A DNA stretch of 64,000 bases from Candidatus Obscuribacteraceae bacterium (lineage in GTDB: Bacteria; Cyanobacteriota; Vampirovibrionia; Obscuribacterales; Obscuribacteraceae): contig JBGAHS010000008.1 of NCBI GenBank assembly GCA_044226015.1, forward strand, positions 509,462 through 573,461, given 5' to 3'. The position numbers were made by a program, and so were the translations under genes. Every line of letters begins with the position of its first letter. Positions within the stretch are counted from its first letter, which is position 1. The notes under the pieces are model-generated. The model did no database searches. It saw only the letters and a list, made by a program, of their open reading frames with translations, and was not told the DNA's origin. Of this stretch, positions 49,121 through 59,496 are shown piece after piece.

Positions 49121-49465
49121 TTAGAATCCGAAGTTCATGACAAAGTAAGCAAAAACTGAGCCGAGTAGAAGAGTCATTGTGGCCAGAACAATCAGGAACA
49201 TTCTTTCGCTGTTAACGATGCGCTGCGTCTCTGAATTTCTCATTGTACTCATGCAGTCTCCCCGTTTAGAACGCTTCTCTTTCGACACTCCGCGCCAGCT
49301 CTGCACTAACATCTGGTCGCGACGCATTACATGGCCCCGGCGCTCATCGCCGCGCGGCACGTAAGCCGTGAACTCATTGCCTACAGATTGTGATTCATAA
49401 AACACGAGGGGATCTATATTGCAATTGCTCTGGGTCATAGACGGGTTTTTGCAAAGATGTGTCAT
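49121..49465 (-). CDS. Small hypothetical protein with C-terminal TM
   Basis: GAGGAG SD before ATG; hydrophobic C-terminus. Confidence 0.65.
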   Translation of the reverse strand: MTHLCKNPSMTQSNCNIDPLVFYESQSVGNEFTAYVPRGDERRGHVMRRDQMLVQSWRGVSKEKRSKRGDCMSTMRNSETQRIVNSERMFLIVLATMTLLLGSVFAYFVMNFGF

Positions 49466-49770
49466 AGAAAACTCCTCGCTCCACGGCAGAACAAGTCAGC
49501 CTGGAGGCACGTCAAAATGCAACGGCGTCGAACCCAAGACACCCGGTGGTAAGAATCTGCTCTGAGACATTTGCTCGAGTCCATCCTACTATCCGGGAAG
49601 AAATATTTAATGTCAAGTGAATTATTCTGAGAGCCTTACATATACACGATTTCGCGTATTACGCTCTATGTCAAAAAAACGTCGAAGCTCCTAACTAAAA
49701 TAAGATGGCCAAGCAATACACAAAAGATCTTGTTGGTGGATCGCCTGGTAAAGTCAAAGTATTAACTTGC

Positions 49771-49807
49771 AAAAAGAGGCGCCTCATTTGAAGCGCCTCT
49801 TCTTTTT
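49771..49807. terminator. Bidirectional intrinsic terminator downstream of the etf operon
   Basis: aaaaagaggcgc-ctcatttgaa-gcgcctcttcttttt. Confidence 0.8.
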
Positions 49808-49835
49808 AGTTTGTGTTGAGTTAGCTTGTGTAAGT

Positions 49836-51554
49836 TTAGAGTCCCATGAAATCAGGACCGCTGCCCTGTTCCGTCGGACGCACCCTCAAGTTCACTTCGG
49901 GGCAAACGATTTCGCAAGTACGGCACTGAACACAGTTTTCGAGTGACATGCCATGCTTATGCAAGCCGTTTACATCATCGATTCTATGCACTTCTGCAGT
50001 ACAGTCGGCAACACAAGGAGTTGTTTTGCCGAGTCCTTCATAGGTCTTGATGCACTTCACACAGGTGTCGGCATTGAACTCATCAATGTGATTGTTGCCT
50101 TCATGATATTTGGTTCCAGCAAAGAATACGGCATCAGCTCTGGAATAAATCGTAGCTTTGTCGAATCCTTTCGCTTCCACCACTGGTGGTGTGAAGTTTG
50201 GAACTATGTGCTTGTAGTCTTGGGTGTATTTGATTGGACCGATGTCCTTTCCTTTTTCCATCAGACCAAGAGCACGAAGTGCATCTCCAGCAGCCTGGAA
50301 TGGGTTCGGGAAACCAGCTTTAATGACGCCCATCATCGGATGACCGCTATCAACTCCGCGCGACACTTTAGGAATGTACTGCGAGAGCAATCTCGGATTT
50401 TCCATAAAGGTCCAACGGAAATAACGGTCCTGGTAAGACTGTTTGATAACAAAGGAATCTTCCAAACGCTTCTGATAAGGAGCAAGCGCAGCTTCATCGA
50501 ACTCGCCGCCCTTATTAAGGACATCGTTGATGACCTCTGCTGCTACGCGACCGCACTCCATTGCGCGATCGATTCCAGCAAGTGTCTTCACATTCAAGAC
50601 GCCGAGGGCATCGCCCATGAGAATTGCACCGGGAACGCAGAACTTCTTGGGCAAGCTGTAGTAGCCGCCTTCAGGAAGCAATGCTGCACCGTACTTGAGC
50701 AACTTCCCACCTTTGATCATGGATTGAATCCATGGGTGCTTCTTGTACTCTTGCAATTTCAACTGCGGGTTCATGTTTGGATCTTTGCTGTCCAAACTGA
50801 TAACCATTCCGATAGTAAGTTTTTTGTCTTTCATCCCGTAAACGAAGCCACCACCAAAGGTGCCTTCCAACAACGGATAGCCCAATGTATGCCACACTTT
50901 GCCAGCGTAGTCTTCATTTACTTGCCAGACTTCTTTAACGCCAACCGACCAAATTTGTGGGTTGTCGCGAAGGTTGAATTTATCGATGACATCGCGGGAT
51001 ACGAAGCCCTTGTCTCCGAAGCAAACGACTTTACCGTAGACGTAGTCTTCATCAGAAGCCGGTTTTTCCACAACAGAAACACCGACGACTTTACCGTTTT
51101 CCACAGCTACCGAATGAGCTGAGAAGCCGTTGAAAAGGTCGAGAGCAACATTCGGAACTTCTTTAGCGAGTTCCTGTACTTTCTGTGCAATCCACGCGAC
51201 CACATTACTAAGTGTCAAAACCAGATACCCAGACTTATCAAAAGTCTTTGGATAAAGGTTTGAAGGAATATCCCATTTCTTTTCCAGTCCGAGAACGGAG
51301 AAGTTGCTGTCATTGCAAACAGCTTCGATAGGGAATCCCATATCTTTGTAATTCGGCCAAACTTTCTCGATAACGTGAGGATGCGATACAGCACCACTCA
51401 CGATATGACCACCAAAGTCTTTTCCTTTTTCAAGGATAGCGATCGTGAATTCCTTTTTGCTTTCTTTGGCTAATTCAATTAGGCGATACGCTAACGTCAG
51501 GTTGGATGGACTTCCGCCAACGAGAAGAACATCGTACTCAATGCGAGTGGACAA
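49836..51554 (-). CDS. ETF:quinone oxidoreductase / FixC-like flavoprotein with fused 4Fe-4S ferredoxin
   Basis: YDVLLVGGSPS, LEKGKDFGGHIVSGA, GVKEVW, PEGGYYSLP, C-terminal ENCVQCRTCEIVCP. Confidence 0.92.
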   Translation of the reverse strand: MSTRIEYDVLLVGGSPSNLTLAYRLIELAKESKKEFTIAILEKGKDFGGHIVSGAVSHPHVIEKVWPNYKDMGFPIEAVCNDSNFSVLGLEKKWDIPSNLYPKTFDKSGYLVLTLSNVVAWIAQKVQELAKEVPNVALDLFNGFSAHSVAVENGKVVGVSVVEKPASDEDYVYGKVVCFGDKGFVSRDVIDKFNLRDNPQIWSVGVKEVWQVNEDYAGKVWHTLGYPLLEGTFGGGFVYGMKDKKLTIGMVISLDSKDPNMNPQLKLQEYKKHPWIQSMIKGGKLLKYGAALLPEGGYYSLPKKFCVPGAILMGDALGVLNVKTLAGIDRAMECGRVAAEVINDVLNKGGEFDEAALAPYQKRLEDSFVIKQSYQDRYFRWTFMENPRLLSQYIPKVSRGVDSGHPMMGVIKAGFPNPFQAAGDALRALGLMEKGKDIGPIKYTQDYKHIVPNFTPPVVEAKGFDKATIYSRADAVFFAGTKYHEGNNHIDEFNADTCVKCIKTYEGLGKTTPCVADCTAEVHRIDDVNGLHKHGMSLENCVQCRTCEIVCPEVNLRVRPTEQGSGPDFMGL

Positions 51555-52671
51555 CGGACTCTACCCCCTTTGGTGCTGTGGACTGTTGCTTTTTCAATGC
51601 CTTTATCATTTCAGGCAAAATATGATAGACATCACCGACGATACCATGGTGCGCAAACTTGAATATTGGCGCATCAGGGTCTTTATTGATTGCGATGATG
51701 ATATTGGACTTGGACATTCCTACACGATGTTGAATCGCACCGGAAATTCCGCACGCAATGTAGAGCTTTGGTCGAACAGTCTTACCTGTTTGACCAACCT
51801 GGTTTTCGTAAGGAATCCATCCGAGGTCTACTACTTTTCTGGACGCGCCAATTGCTGAGTTTTCAAAGCAATCTGCGAGTTCTTTCAAAAGAGTGAAGCC
51901 GTCCTGAGTGCCCATTCCGTAACCGCCAGCGACGATTACATCAGCTTCTGTGAGCTTCAATCCTTTTGATACTTCTCGGACAACGCGCTCAACTTCGAGA
52001 CGCATATCTTCGACTTTCAAATTCACTGGAACTTTGATGACTTCGCCTTTGCGACTCGGGTCCATTTTATTAGGAATCATCACTCCAGGACGTGTAGTCG
52101 CCATCTGAGGGTTCTTCCATGGTCCGAGAATTCGTGCTTTCAAGCTTTCACCGAAACTAGGACGAATTGCATACAAACAATCTGGATAGAGTCCGAGCTT
52201 GGTCGGGTCTACTTTGCTCTTGTGCTCGTAAGGTCCGATGTCCAATTCCGTGCAGTCAGCTGTCAATCCAGTCTCGAAGTGAGCTGCAATTCGAGGAGCC
52301 AGGTCGCGACCTGTTGTTGTCGAACCAAGCAACGCCACGTGCGGCGGCTCAGGCAACGATTCCAGGAAATCGATCAAAACTCTTCTGTATGTTAGTGTGC
52401 GATAGAGCGCCAACTGCTCATCATCAGCAACATACACAAAATCAGCACCGTATTGAATTAGCTTCTCCGGTATGTCAGAAAGGTTGTGTCCCATAACTAT
52501 GGAAAGAACTTTGGTACCCAACTTGTTTGCTAGCAGTGTCGCCGCACCAAGAAGTTCAAGGGTTACAGGTTGAAGTTCACCCATAATCTGCTCAGCGACT
52601 ACGAGTACATTTCCTCTCGGCGTCTCGTGCACCGGCAAGGCGGTTTCGCCAGTAGTTTTGTTCTCGCTCAT
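51538..52671 (-). CDS. etfA: Electron transfer flavoprotein alpha subunit
   Basis: TGLTADCT, QVGQTGKTVRPKLYIACGISGAIQH, AINKDPDAPIF. Confidence 0.95.
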   Translation of the reverse strand: MSENKTTGETALPVHETPRGNVLVVAEQIMGELQPVTLELLGAATLLANKLGTKVLSIVMGHNLSDIPEKLIQYGADFVYVADDEQLALYRTLTYRRVLIDFLESLPEPPHVALLGSTTTGRDLAPRIAAHFETGLTADCTELDIGPYEHKSKVDPTKLGLYPDCLYAIRPSFGESLKARILGPWKNPQMATTRPGVMIPNKMDPSRKGEVIKVPVNLKVEDMRLEVERVVREVSKGLKLTEADVIVAGGYGMGTQDGFTLLKELADCFENSAIGASRKVVDLGWIPYENQVGQTGKTVRPKLYIACGISGAIQHRVGMSKSNIIIAINKDPDAPIFKFAHHGIVGDVYHILPEMIKALKKQQSTAPKGVESVVHSH

Positions 52672-53501
52672 ACCTTTAGATATTCCTTGATGGTGCTATT
52701 TTGGATAACTTCTTGAACTAGCTCAGGTGCAGAATGTCCTTCGTACATTTTGCAGTTTCCACCGAGTTCGCCCACTTTGTCAGTGTGCGCAACAATGGTT
52801 GGAGAACCTTTCAAGCCGCAGCGCTCTGGGTCAGCACCAACAGTGTCAAGGTCTACCGTCGTGATATATTTGACCAGTTCTTCCTGGTTGCGTTGCAACC
52901 ACTGCACTTTCCACGCGCCCTTGAACGACTTGTATTCGAGGTGGTGGTAGGAGTTTGCAACAGTCACCAGCAGAGGAAATTCAGATTTCACATACTGAAC
53001 TCCACCTTCGATAATGCGGCGGGCTTTTGCCTTATCGCTCTCAATATCGAAGTCTTCACAGTAAGTGACCTGCGGCAACCCGAGTCGTTCAGCTAGCTGT
53101 GGTCCAACCTGCGCGGTGTCACCATCAGTTGTCTGCAGTCCGCAGAAGATCAAATCGAATTTACCTAGCCACTTGATCACCTTATGCAAGGCATAAGCTG
53201 TCGCCAGAGTGTCGGATGCTGCCAATCTCCTGTCGGAGAGCAGAATACCTCTGTCGACGCCGTGCTCAAGTGCGGATAACAAGACTTCTTGAGCGGCTGG
53301 TGGACCCATTGAGATAGCAGTGACTTTGCCACCGTATGTTTTTTTGGTGTAAAGAGCTGCTTGCAGCGCGTAACGGTCAAACGGGTTGAGCATGCGCTTT
53401 GCTTTTGCCCTGTCGATTGTTCCATCAGGGTTTAGACCTGCTTTGGAACTCTGGTCAGGGACCTGTTTTACCAAGACAAAAATGTCGTAGGGACCTGGCA
53501 T
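52668..53501 (-). CDS. etfB: Electron transfer flavoprotein beta subunit
   Basis: VLVKQVPD, NPFD, SDTLATAYAL, DGDTAQVGP, GLKGSPT. Confidence 0.95.
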   Translation of the reverse strand: MPGPYDIFVLVKQVPDQSSKAGLNPDGTIDRAKAKRMLNPFDRYALQAALYTKKTYGGKVTAISMGPPAAQEVLLSALEHGVDRGILLSDRRLAASDTLATAYALHKVIKWLGKFDLIFCGLQTTDGDTAQVGPQLAERLGLPQVTYCEDFDIESDKAKARRIIEGGVQYVKSEFPLLVTVANSYHHLEYKSFKGAWKVQWLQRNQEELVKYITTVDLDTVGADPERCGLKGSPTIVAHTDKVGELGGNCKMYEGHSAPELVQEVIQNSTIKEYLKV

Positions 53502-53776
53502 GTGCGTTTCCTAAAATTGGACTGTCTAAAATCTTAGCCCGTCAGCATAGAGGGATACACCATCTTTAAAGATTATGATGGATTGTGCTTATTGAACCTT
53601 CACACGGAAAAAAACTGCCATTCCTAAGCCTTTCTTTGTAATTGCAGCACACATTTCAAAGTCCACTTTGCAAGACAAAACCAGGAATTGCCCTCACGTC
53701 GGCGCCTCTGAAGCGCATAAATTTGCAATAATGTCAGCTGCTTTCCAAGTATCAAAGTCAAGCGGAGCAAGCAGAA

Positions 53777-55513
53777 GTGAAGAACAAAATTGTCAATTAC
53801 CTCACCATGGCATCCTTATCTTCTGTCATAGCAACAAGTAGCGTGAACGCAAACTCAGCTTCGCCTCAGAGTTTCGAGAAGGAATCATTTTCCGCTCTCG
53901 CTGACGAATTCATTGATTTCAAATGTCGCAATAACCCTGACTGGGCAACAGTTTTAGGCATACATAAATATGACGATCAGGCGCCCGATCTGACAAGAGA
54001 AGGTATTGAAAGAGAAATCAGCGAACTGAAGAACTTCGAAAAGTCCTTTGCTGCAATGGATAGCAAGGATCTTTCAGTCCAGGAAAAAATTGATTTGCAA
54101 CTCATAGATGCGCAAGTCAAAAGTGATTTGCTGGAATTAGCAGACATTCGAGCCTGGGAAAACAACCCCGACACCTACAGCTCGCAAGCCAGCTCTATGG
54201 TGTACGACCTGATTTCTCGTGACTTCGCCCCGCTAAACGAACGCATAAAACTTGTTATCGCAAGAGAAAAGAAGATCAACGCAATGCTCGACGCGGGCAA
54301 GAAGAATCTAAAAAATCCACCGAAAATATACACAGAGGTGGCTCTTGAACAGATGCCTGGCATCATTGATCTCTTTCGAAATTCCATTGCTGAAAAGCTA
54401 AAAGGCGTAAGCGATGAAAAATTGCAGGCGGAGTTTCAGGCGAGCAATAAAGCAGTTATAGCTCAGCTGGAAGATTATCAAAAGTTTTTGAAAGAACAAG
54501 TATTGCCACAATCAAAAGGTAATTTTGCCATTGGCGAACAGAACTACATAAAGAAACTTCGCTACGACGAAATGGAAGAGCGCTCAATCGACGAACTTCT
54601 TTCCGTTGGCGAAAAAGAAATGAAGCGATTGCAGAATGAATTCATCGCAACAGCAAAGGAGATAGATCCGTCAAAATCTCCAACTGAAGTTTTCACAGCA
54701 ATTTCAAGTGTCCATGCCAAACCCGATGAACTCATGCCAGACATCACAAAAATGCTGACCCAGTTGATTGATTTCTGCACCAAAAACAAGATCGTAAGCA
54801 TTCCTGACAGCGGTAAATTGAAGGTCGAAGAGACACCAGCTTTCATGCGGGCTCTCACGTTTGCAGCTATGGACCAACCAGGACCATTTGAGGAAAAAGC
54901 TACGGAAGCATACTACTATGTGACGTTGCCGGAAGCAGGTTGGAGCGCTGAAAGAGTTGAAGAACACATGCGAGCCTTTTGCAAGTATGACGTGATCAAC
55001 ACCAGTGTTCATGAAGCTTACCCTGGTCATTATGTACAGGGGCTGTGGACGCGGAAGGCACCATCTAAGGTATCAAAAATATTCGGCGCAAATTCAAATG
55101 TTGAAGGATGGGCTCATTACTGCGAGCAAATGATGCTTGAGCAGGGCTTGGAAAACGGCGATAAGAAGCTCAAGATGGTAATGCTTCACGATGCTCTACT
55201 TCGTTGCGCTCGATACATCGTTGGTATTCGAATGCACACTCGCGGAATGAGCATGGATGAGGGAATCGATTACTTTGTCAAAGAAGGCTATCAGGAGAAA
55301 GCAAACGCCGAGAGAGAGACTAAAAGAGGCACAAGCGATCCCACATACCTGGTTTATACTTTAGGTAAATTGCAAATTCTTGCGCTGAGAGACGATTACA
55401 AAAAGCTGAAAGGGCGAGATTTTTCACTCCAGGATTTTCACGATAAAATCATGGCAACAGGCACGCCACCAATCAAGATTATTCGCCAGATCTTGATGGG
55501 AGAGAACAAATGA
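53777..55513 (+). CDS. DUF885 family secreted putative metallopeptidase
   Basis: HEAYPGH, EGWAHY and YTLGKLQIL motifs; signal-like N-terminus. Confidence 0.92.
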   Translation: MKNKIVNYLTMASLSSVIATSSVNANSASPQSFEKESFSALADEFIDFKCRNNPDWATVLGIHKYDDQAPDLTREGIEREISELKNFEKSFAAMDSKDLSVQEKIDLQLIDAQVKSDLLELADIRAWENNPDTYSSQASSMVYDLISRDFAPLNERIKLVIAREKKINAMLDAGKKNLKNPPKIYTEVALEQMPGIIDLFRNSIAEKLKGVSDEKLQAEFQASNKAVIAQLEDYQKFLKEQVLPQSKGNFAIGEQNYIKKLRYDEMEERSIDELLSVGEKEMKRLQNEFIATAKEIDPSKSPTEVFTAISSVHAKPDELMPDITKMLTQLIDFCTKNKIVSIPDSGKLKVEETPAFMRALTFAAMDQPGPFEEKATEAYYYVTLPEAGWSAERVEEHMRAFCKYDVINTSVHEAYPGHYVQGLWTRKAPSKVSKIFGANSNVEGWAHYCEQMMLEQGLENGDKKLKMVMLHDALLRCARYIVGIRMHTRGMSMDEGIDYFVKEGYQEKANAERETKRGTSDPTYLVYTLGKLQILALRDDYKKLKGRDFSLQDFHDKIMATGTPPIKIIRQILMGENK

Positions 55514-56472
55514 AAAACACTTCGATTCCAACCGCCCTTTTATTGCTAGCGTGCGCTTCTGCTGCTTTAGCAGCCCCGTCAGCAAGCAACTCTTCTACAG
55601 GCAATTCAACCGGATCCAACGCTACTAGTTCGAAAGCAGTTGGAGCCAATTCAGCCGGAGCCAACGCTACTAGCTCGAAAGCAGCTGGAGCCAATTCAGC
55701 CGGAGCCAACGCTCCTAGCTCGAAAGCAGCTGGAGCCAATTCAGCCGGAGCCAACTCTACTAGCTCGAAAGCAGCTAGAGCCAATTCAGCCGGATCCTCA
55801 ACTTCTGCCTCCAAAAACGTGGCTCCAGAAAAGAGTTCCAGCAAGCCTGGCACTGCAGATCAAGCGACTGCGCCTAAACCTCCGGCTGCGGACGGAAAAG
55901 CAGCCACAGCCAAAGCTGGGACTGCGAAATCAGCAGCAGCAAACGTTGGAAGCACAAAACCCGCTGTAGCAAAGGCTGGTCCTGCAACTGCCAAAACAGG
56001 AACGACGAAGACCTCCTCCAATCTAAAACCGTCGCCAGTTACAAAGAATGCAAGCATAAAAGTTCCGGTAAAGGGTCCATCTACCAAAGCACCAGCAACG
56101 GTGGCAGCAGATGGTACACCTATTTGGCTTGATGTGAAATCAGCGAAACTTGCCGCTAAACTAAAAAACAAACCAATTCTTGCAGACTTCTACACTGATT
56201 GGTGCCACTGGTGCAAGGTGATGGATCGCACAACTTATCGAGACTCCGAAGTGCTCAATTACCTCGCAGCGAACTATGTTTGCATGAAGGTAGACGCACA
56301 AGATGGCGGAGACGGACAGGAACTAGCCACCAGATTTGGTATCTCAGGATTCCCAACCACGCTAGTCATTCTGCCAACAGGAAAGCCCCTTGCAGTTGCT
56401 GAGGGCTATCGCGACAAGCCAGCATTCATGAAGTTCATGAACGCTGTAGCGAAGCTACCTAAGGGAAAGTAA
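55510..56472 (+). CDS. Secreted thioredoxin-family protein with long Ala/Ser/Lys low-complexity N-terminus
   Basis: Signal peptide; DFYTDWCHWCKVM active site; GFPT cis-Pro loop. Confidence 0.9.
   Translation: MKNTSIPTALLLLACASAALAAPSASNSSTGNSTGSNATSSKAVGANSAGANATSSKAAGANSAGANAPSSKAAGANSAGANSTSSKAARANSAGSSTSASKNVAPEKSSSKPGTADQATAPKPPAADGKAATAKAGTAKSAAANVGSTKPAVAKAGPATAKTGTTKTSSNLKPSPVTKNASIKVPVKGPSTKAPATVAADGTPIWLDVKSAKLAAKLKNKPILADFYTDWCHWCKVMDRTTYRDSEVLNYLAANYVCMKVDAQDGGDGQELATRFGISGFPTTLVILPTGKPLAVAEGYRDKPAFMKFMNAVAKLPKGK
55602..55797 (+). repeat. In-frame 45-bp tandem repeat, about 4 copies
   Basis: Encodes ANATSSKAAGANSAG variants. Confidence 0.9.
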
Positions 56473-56587
56473 CACTCGATACGAGAGTATTTAGATGAGT
56501 AGGCAGAGGGTAGATAGGTGCCCATTGAATCTAGTCAGGGCGCACATTTCGAAACGCTTAGAGACCTAACAAAAAAGCGAGCGTTTA

Positions 56588-57427
56588 CTAGCTTACATCC
56601 TTCAACCAATCAGGAAAAGCACTAGTTGGATTCATCGATTGTTTTACTTTGAGCAATCGGTCATACCATGCCTCTACTTGCTTGTTGCTCTCCCAAACCG
56701 AGTCTATTGTTGCGAATTTCGGATTCAAAATGAAGACGTGTCGCTGCCCCATCTCATCGATAGTCAGCTTTATGTAACGTAGCGTAATTGGCTTTTGCCA
56801 GAAAGGATGCTTCCCAAGTTCCACTGAGACAATATTCTCAGGGGAGCAATCAAAACTAATTTTCTTTCCTCTGAAACTCACGCGCGTAGAACTCAAAGTA
56901 AATACACCGGTGGTCTCATAGAGCCAAACCAGGTTATAAGTCATAGTTTTCAAATATGACTCTCTTGAAACACAGCAGTCAGTGGTGACAACCCAATCAT
57001 TTAGTTTAACCAGACCAGTAGCTCCAGCTTTGCTATAGTCGAGTAAGCGACGACTGTAGAAGTCGGCAGCATCAAGACGTTTGAGCTTCAAATAAGCAGC
57101 AACGAGTTTCTCAAGATCTTCCATGCTCGCCTTCGAACTGTCTTGAGCAATCTTATCTTCGAGAGTGCGTACACCTACTCTTGCAGCGCCCAGGAATTTC
57201 TTGTCGACGACTCTGATTACGAGAAAAAGTCCCAAGCCAATGAAAAGACCAGAGATCATGGCGACTGGAATACCAAAGAGAAATCCTACAAACTTCAAGA
57301 GAAATGGCGCCAAGAGCCCACACATTACCGCTGCGGCAAAGTAGAGCAAGGCTGATCTCTCAGGCACCCCGTCTCTCCAGGAACCTCTCTTGAAGTGAGT
57401 TATCGCCCCAGACTGCTGCCTATCCAT
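56588..57427 (-). CDS. Hypothetical two-TM membrane protein with C-terminal PH-like beta domain
   Basis: Two TM segments, then GVFTLSSTRVSF...ENIVSVE; start uncertain (57427 or 57490). Confidence 0.7.
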   Translation of the reverse strand: MDRQQSGAITHFKRGSWRDGVPERSALLYFAAAVMCGLLAPFLLKFVGFLFGIPVAMISGLFIGLGLFLVIRVVDKKFLGAARVGVRTLEDKIAQDSSKASMEDLEKLVAAYLKLKRLDAADFYSRRLLDYSKAGATGLVKLNDWVVTTDCCVSRESYLKTMTYNLVWLYETTGVFTLSSTRVSFRGKKISFDCSPENIVSVELGKHPFWQKPITLRYIKLTIDEMGQRHVFILNPKFATIDSVWESNKQVEAWYDRLLKVKQSMNPTSAFPDWLKDVS

Positions 57428-57700
57428 CTTTGAGTTCCATGACAAAAGTGAAGAACATAAATGCATCATACCCAAAATGGGCTGCTGCATGCCTTCAGCT
57501 TAACGCCTACGTCACCGCGACGCAGACATCCCCCTTCCCTTCCTCTATGGCGCTGTGCAGAATCATTTCTGCATTATTTTGGGGTAGGCTTGCTCCATTA
57601 AATTTGAAAGCAAGAAACCCTGACTTAAGCCCAAGAAACGAAAGACTCCCGGCAGCCGCCGAGAGTCACGAACCATGCCTGACACTGTATATGGTGCGAT

Positions 57701-58033
57701 CTAAGCTTCGCCTTCAATTACTTGATTCATGGTGTAAAGCGCCAGAGCCGCACTTCCGCAATAACGAATAAACTGCCGCGCTATTTCCCTGACTGCATTG
57801 AGGTCGCCGAAGTTCGGCAAGAAACCAAAACGAGCGGCGCGCGAAATGGAGAGCAAATAACGGATGAAACGCAAGCCGCTATCACTCAACTCTTCAGGAC
57901 CTGCTCCACCTTCCATAATCGTATTCACGATCGAAGCCTCAGCAATGTCAGAAAGAGTCCTTTCAGCAGAACAAGCTTCACTCTCAGAAAATCTGGAGTC
58001 AAAATCGCCAAATCCACGTTGATGCCTGTCCAT
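57701..58033 (-). CDS. Small hypothetical protein
   Basis: GAGGGTG SD-like sequence before ATG 58033. Confidence 0.55.
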   Translation of the reverse strand: MDRHQRGFGDFDSRFSESEACSAERTLSDIAEASIVNTIMEGGAGPEELSDSGLRFIRYLLSISRAARFGFLPNFGDLNAVREIARQFIRYCGSAALALYTMNQVIEGEA

Positions 58034-58256
58034 TGATTTCACCCTCAAAGCTAAAGAAATTGTTTACGACAAAGTCAAATCTATGCGACCAACTATTACT
58101 TGGCAACTTAACAAACGCTAAGCCGGCGCGGTTTTCCGCAATTTCAACAAAATATCCACTACAAAACGCGACAGATTGCAGTTCTCGCCCTATTTGAGAT
58201 ACATTGTGCATCTGTTACATAATCTTTCGCCACAGAAACGGCAAGAGGAAGCTAAT

Positions 58257-59468
58257 ATGCAAACCGAATCCCTGGCAAGCGCGCAAGCCAAGTCAGACAC
58301 AGCAAATACATCTATGCGTTGCTTAATCAAAGAAGACCTCAATAAAGATGGTTTCACACTCAGCAATTCTCAAGCAGTTCCGAAGCCGGGCTTCGGCGAA
58401 GTGAGAATCAAAGTGTTAGCAACTGCAGTATGTGGAACTGACAAAAGCATCTACAGCAGCGCTAAGAGCGAGGGAATTCGCCGCGAGATGCAACGATATA
58501 TCTCGGGGTCAGGGGCATACAAACCAATCGTTGTTGGGCATGAGTTCTGCGGCATCATTGAAGAGCTCGGACCCGGCGTTCACGACATGGCTGTCGATGT
58601 ACCCAAGCATCTCCTTATAGAGAAGGGAGACTATGTTACTGCAGAGATGCATCTAAGCTGCGGTCATTGTGCACTTTGTAGAACAGGCAACGAGCACATT
58701 TGCACTGCCGTAAAGGTTAAGGGTGTGCATCTTGATGGTTGCTTCGCCCAGTCTGTTGTGGTGCCATATAAAAATGTGATTTTGTTAGGAAAAAACGGCG
58801 ACACCAGCCAGATTTCGCCAAAAATCGGTGCGATGCTCGATGCTTTCGGCAACGCGGTTCACACGGTGCAAGAAGCAGATGTGGCAGGCAAGTCTGTTGC
58901 GATATTGGGCGCTGGCCCCCTCGGACTGATGTCTACCTTCTTATGTAGAGCATTCGGCGCCACCAGAATTTACGTTACCGAAGCAGCAGATCTTGAGAGA
59001 CGCTCACAACTAGCAGGCGAGTTTCATGCTGACCACTTTGTTGATGTGTCGAAAGGTTCTGCACAATTGCATCAGCTGGTGAATAAATTGGAGTCGAACT
59101 CCAATGGCGTAGATGTAGTTCTCGAAATGTCGGGGTCACTGCCTGCTTACGATGACGCTTTCAAGATTGTTCGCAACGGCGGGCAGGTAATTTTGTTGGG
59201 AATAGCACGCCAACCACTTCCAAGCTTTGATATCGCCAATGGTGTCATATGGAAGGGAGTAACAGTTAAAGGAATATTTGGACGAAGAATGTTCAACACC
59301 TGGGAAACGATGCTCAGCTTGATCAAGTCAGATCGACTTGACCTGAAGAGCAAGCTTGAAAAGGTTGTTGCCCAGAAACTGTACAAGTTGGATGAGTATG
59401 AAAAGGCATTCGAAGTGCTCGGCACCGGAGAAGAACTCAAACTAATATTTAGCCCAGAACACAATTAA
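58257..59468 (+). CDS. tdh: L-threonine 3-dehydrogenase (Zn-dependent MDR family)
   Basis: CGTD, GHEFCG, CGHCALCRTGNEHIC, GNAVHT, GAGPLG, GIFGRRMFNTW; adjacent to kbl; GAGG before ATG 58257. Confidence 0.9.
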   Translation: MQTESLASAQAKSDTANTSMRCLIKEDLNKDGFTLSNSQAVPKPGFGEVRIKVLATAVCGTDKSIYSSAKSEGIRREMQRYISGSGAYKPIVVGHEFCGIIEELGPGVHDMAVDVPKHLLIEKGDYVTAEMHLSCGHCALCRTGNEHICTAVKVKGVHLDGCFAQSVVVPYKNVILLGKNGDTSQISPKIGAMLDAFGNAVHTVQEADVAGKSVAILGAGPLGLMSTFLCRAFGATRIYVTEAADLERRSQLAGEFHADHFVDVSKGSAQLHQLVNKLESNSNGVDVVLEMSGSLPAYDDAFKIVRNGGQVILLGIARQPLPSFDIANGVIWKGVTVKGIFGRRMFNTWETMLSLIKSDRLDLKSKLEKVVAQKLYKLDEYEKAFEVLGTGEELKLIFSPEHN

Positions 59469-59496
59469 TCACGACTACGCATAAGAGGTTAATGCA

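Noticed and set aside
49470..49600. tRNA-like element or riboswitch (GGGTTCGACGCC on the minus strand)
   Set aside because: No cloverleaf or known riboswitch consensus could be built.
49953..51122. 389-aa plus-strand ORF
   Set aside because: It is antisense to the well-supported ETF oxidoreductase gene and shows no motifs.
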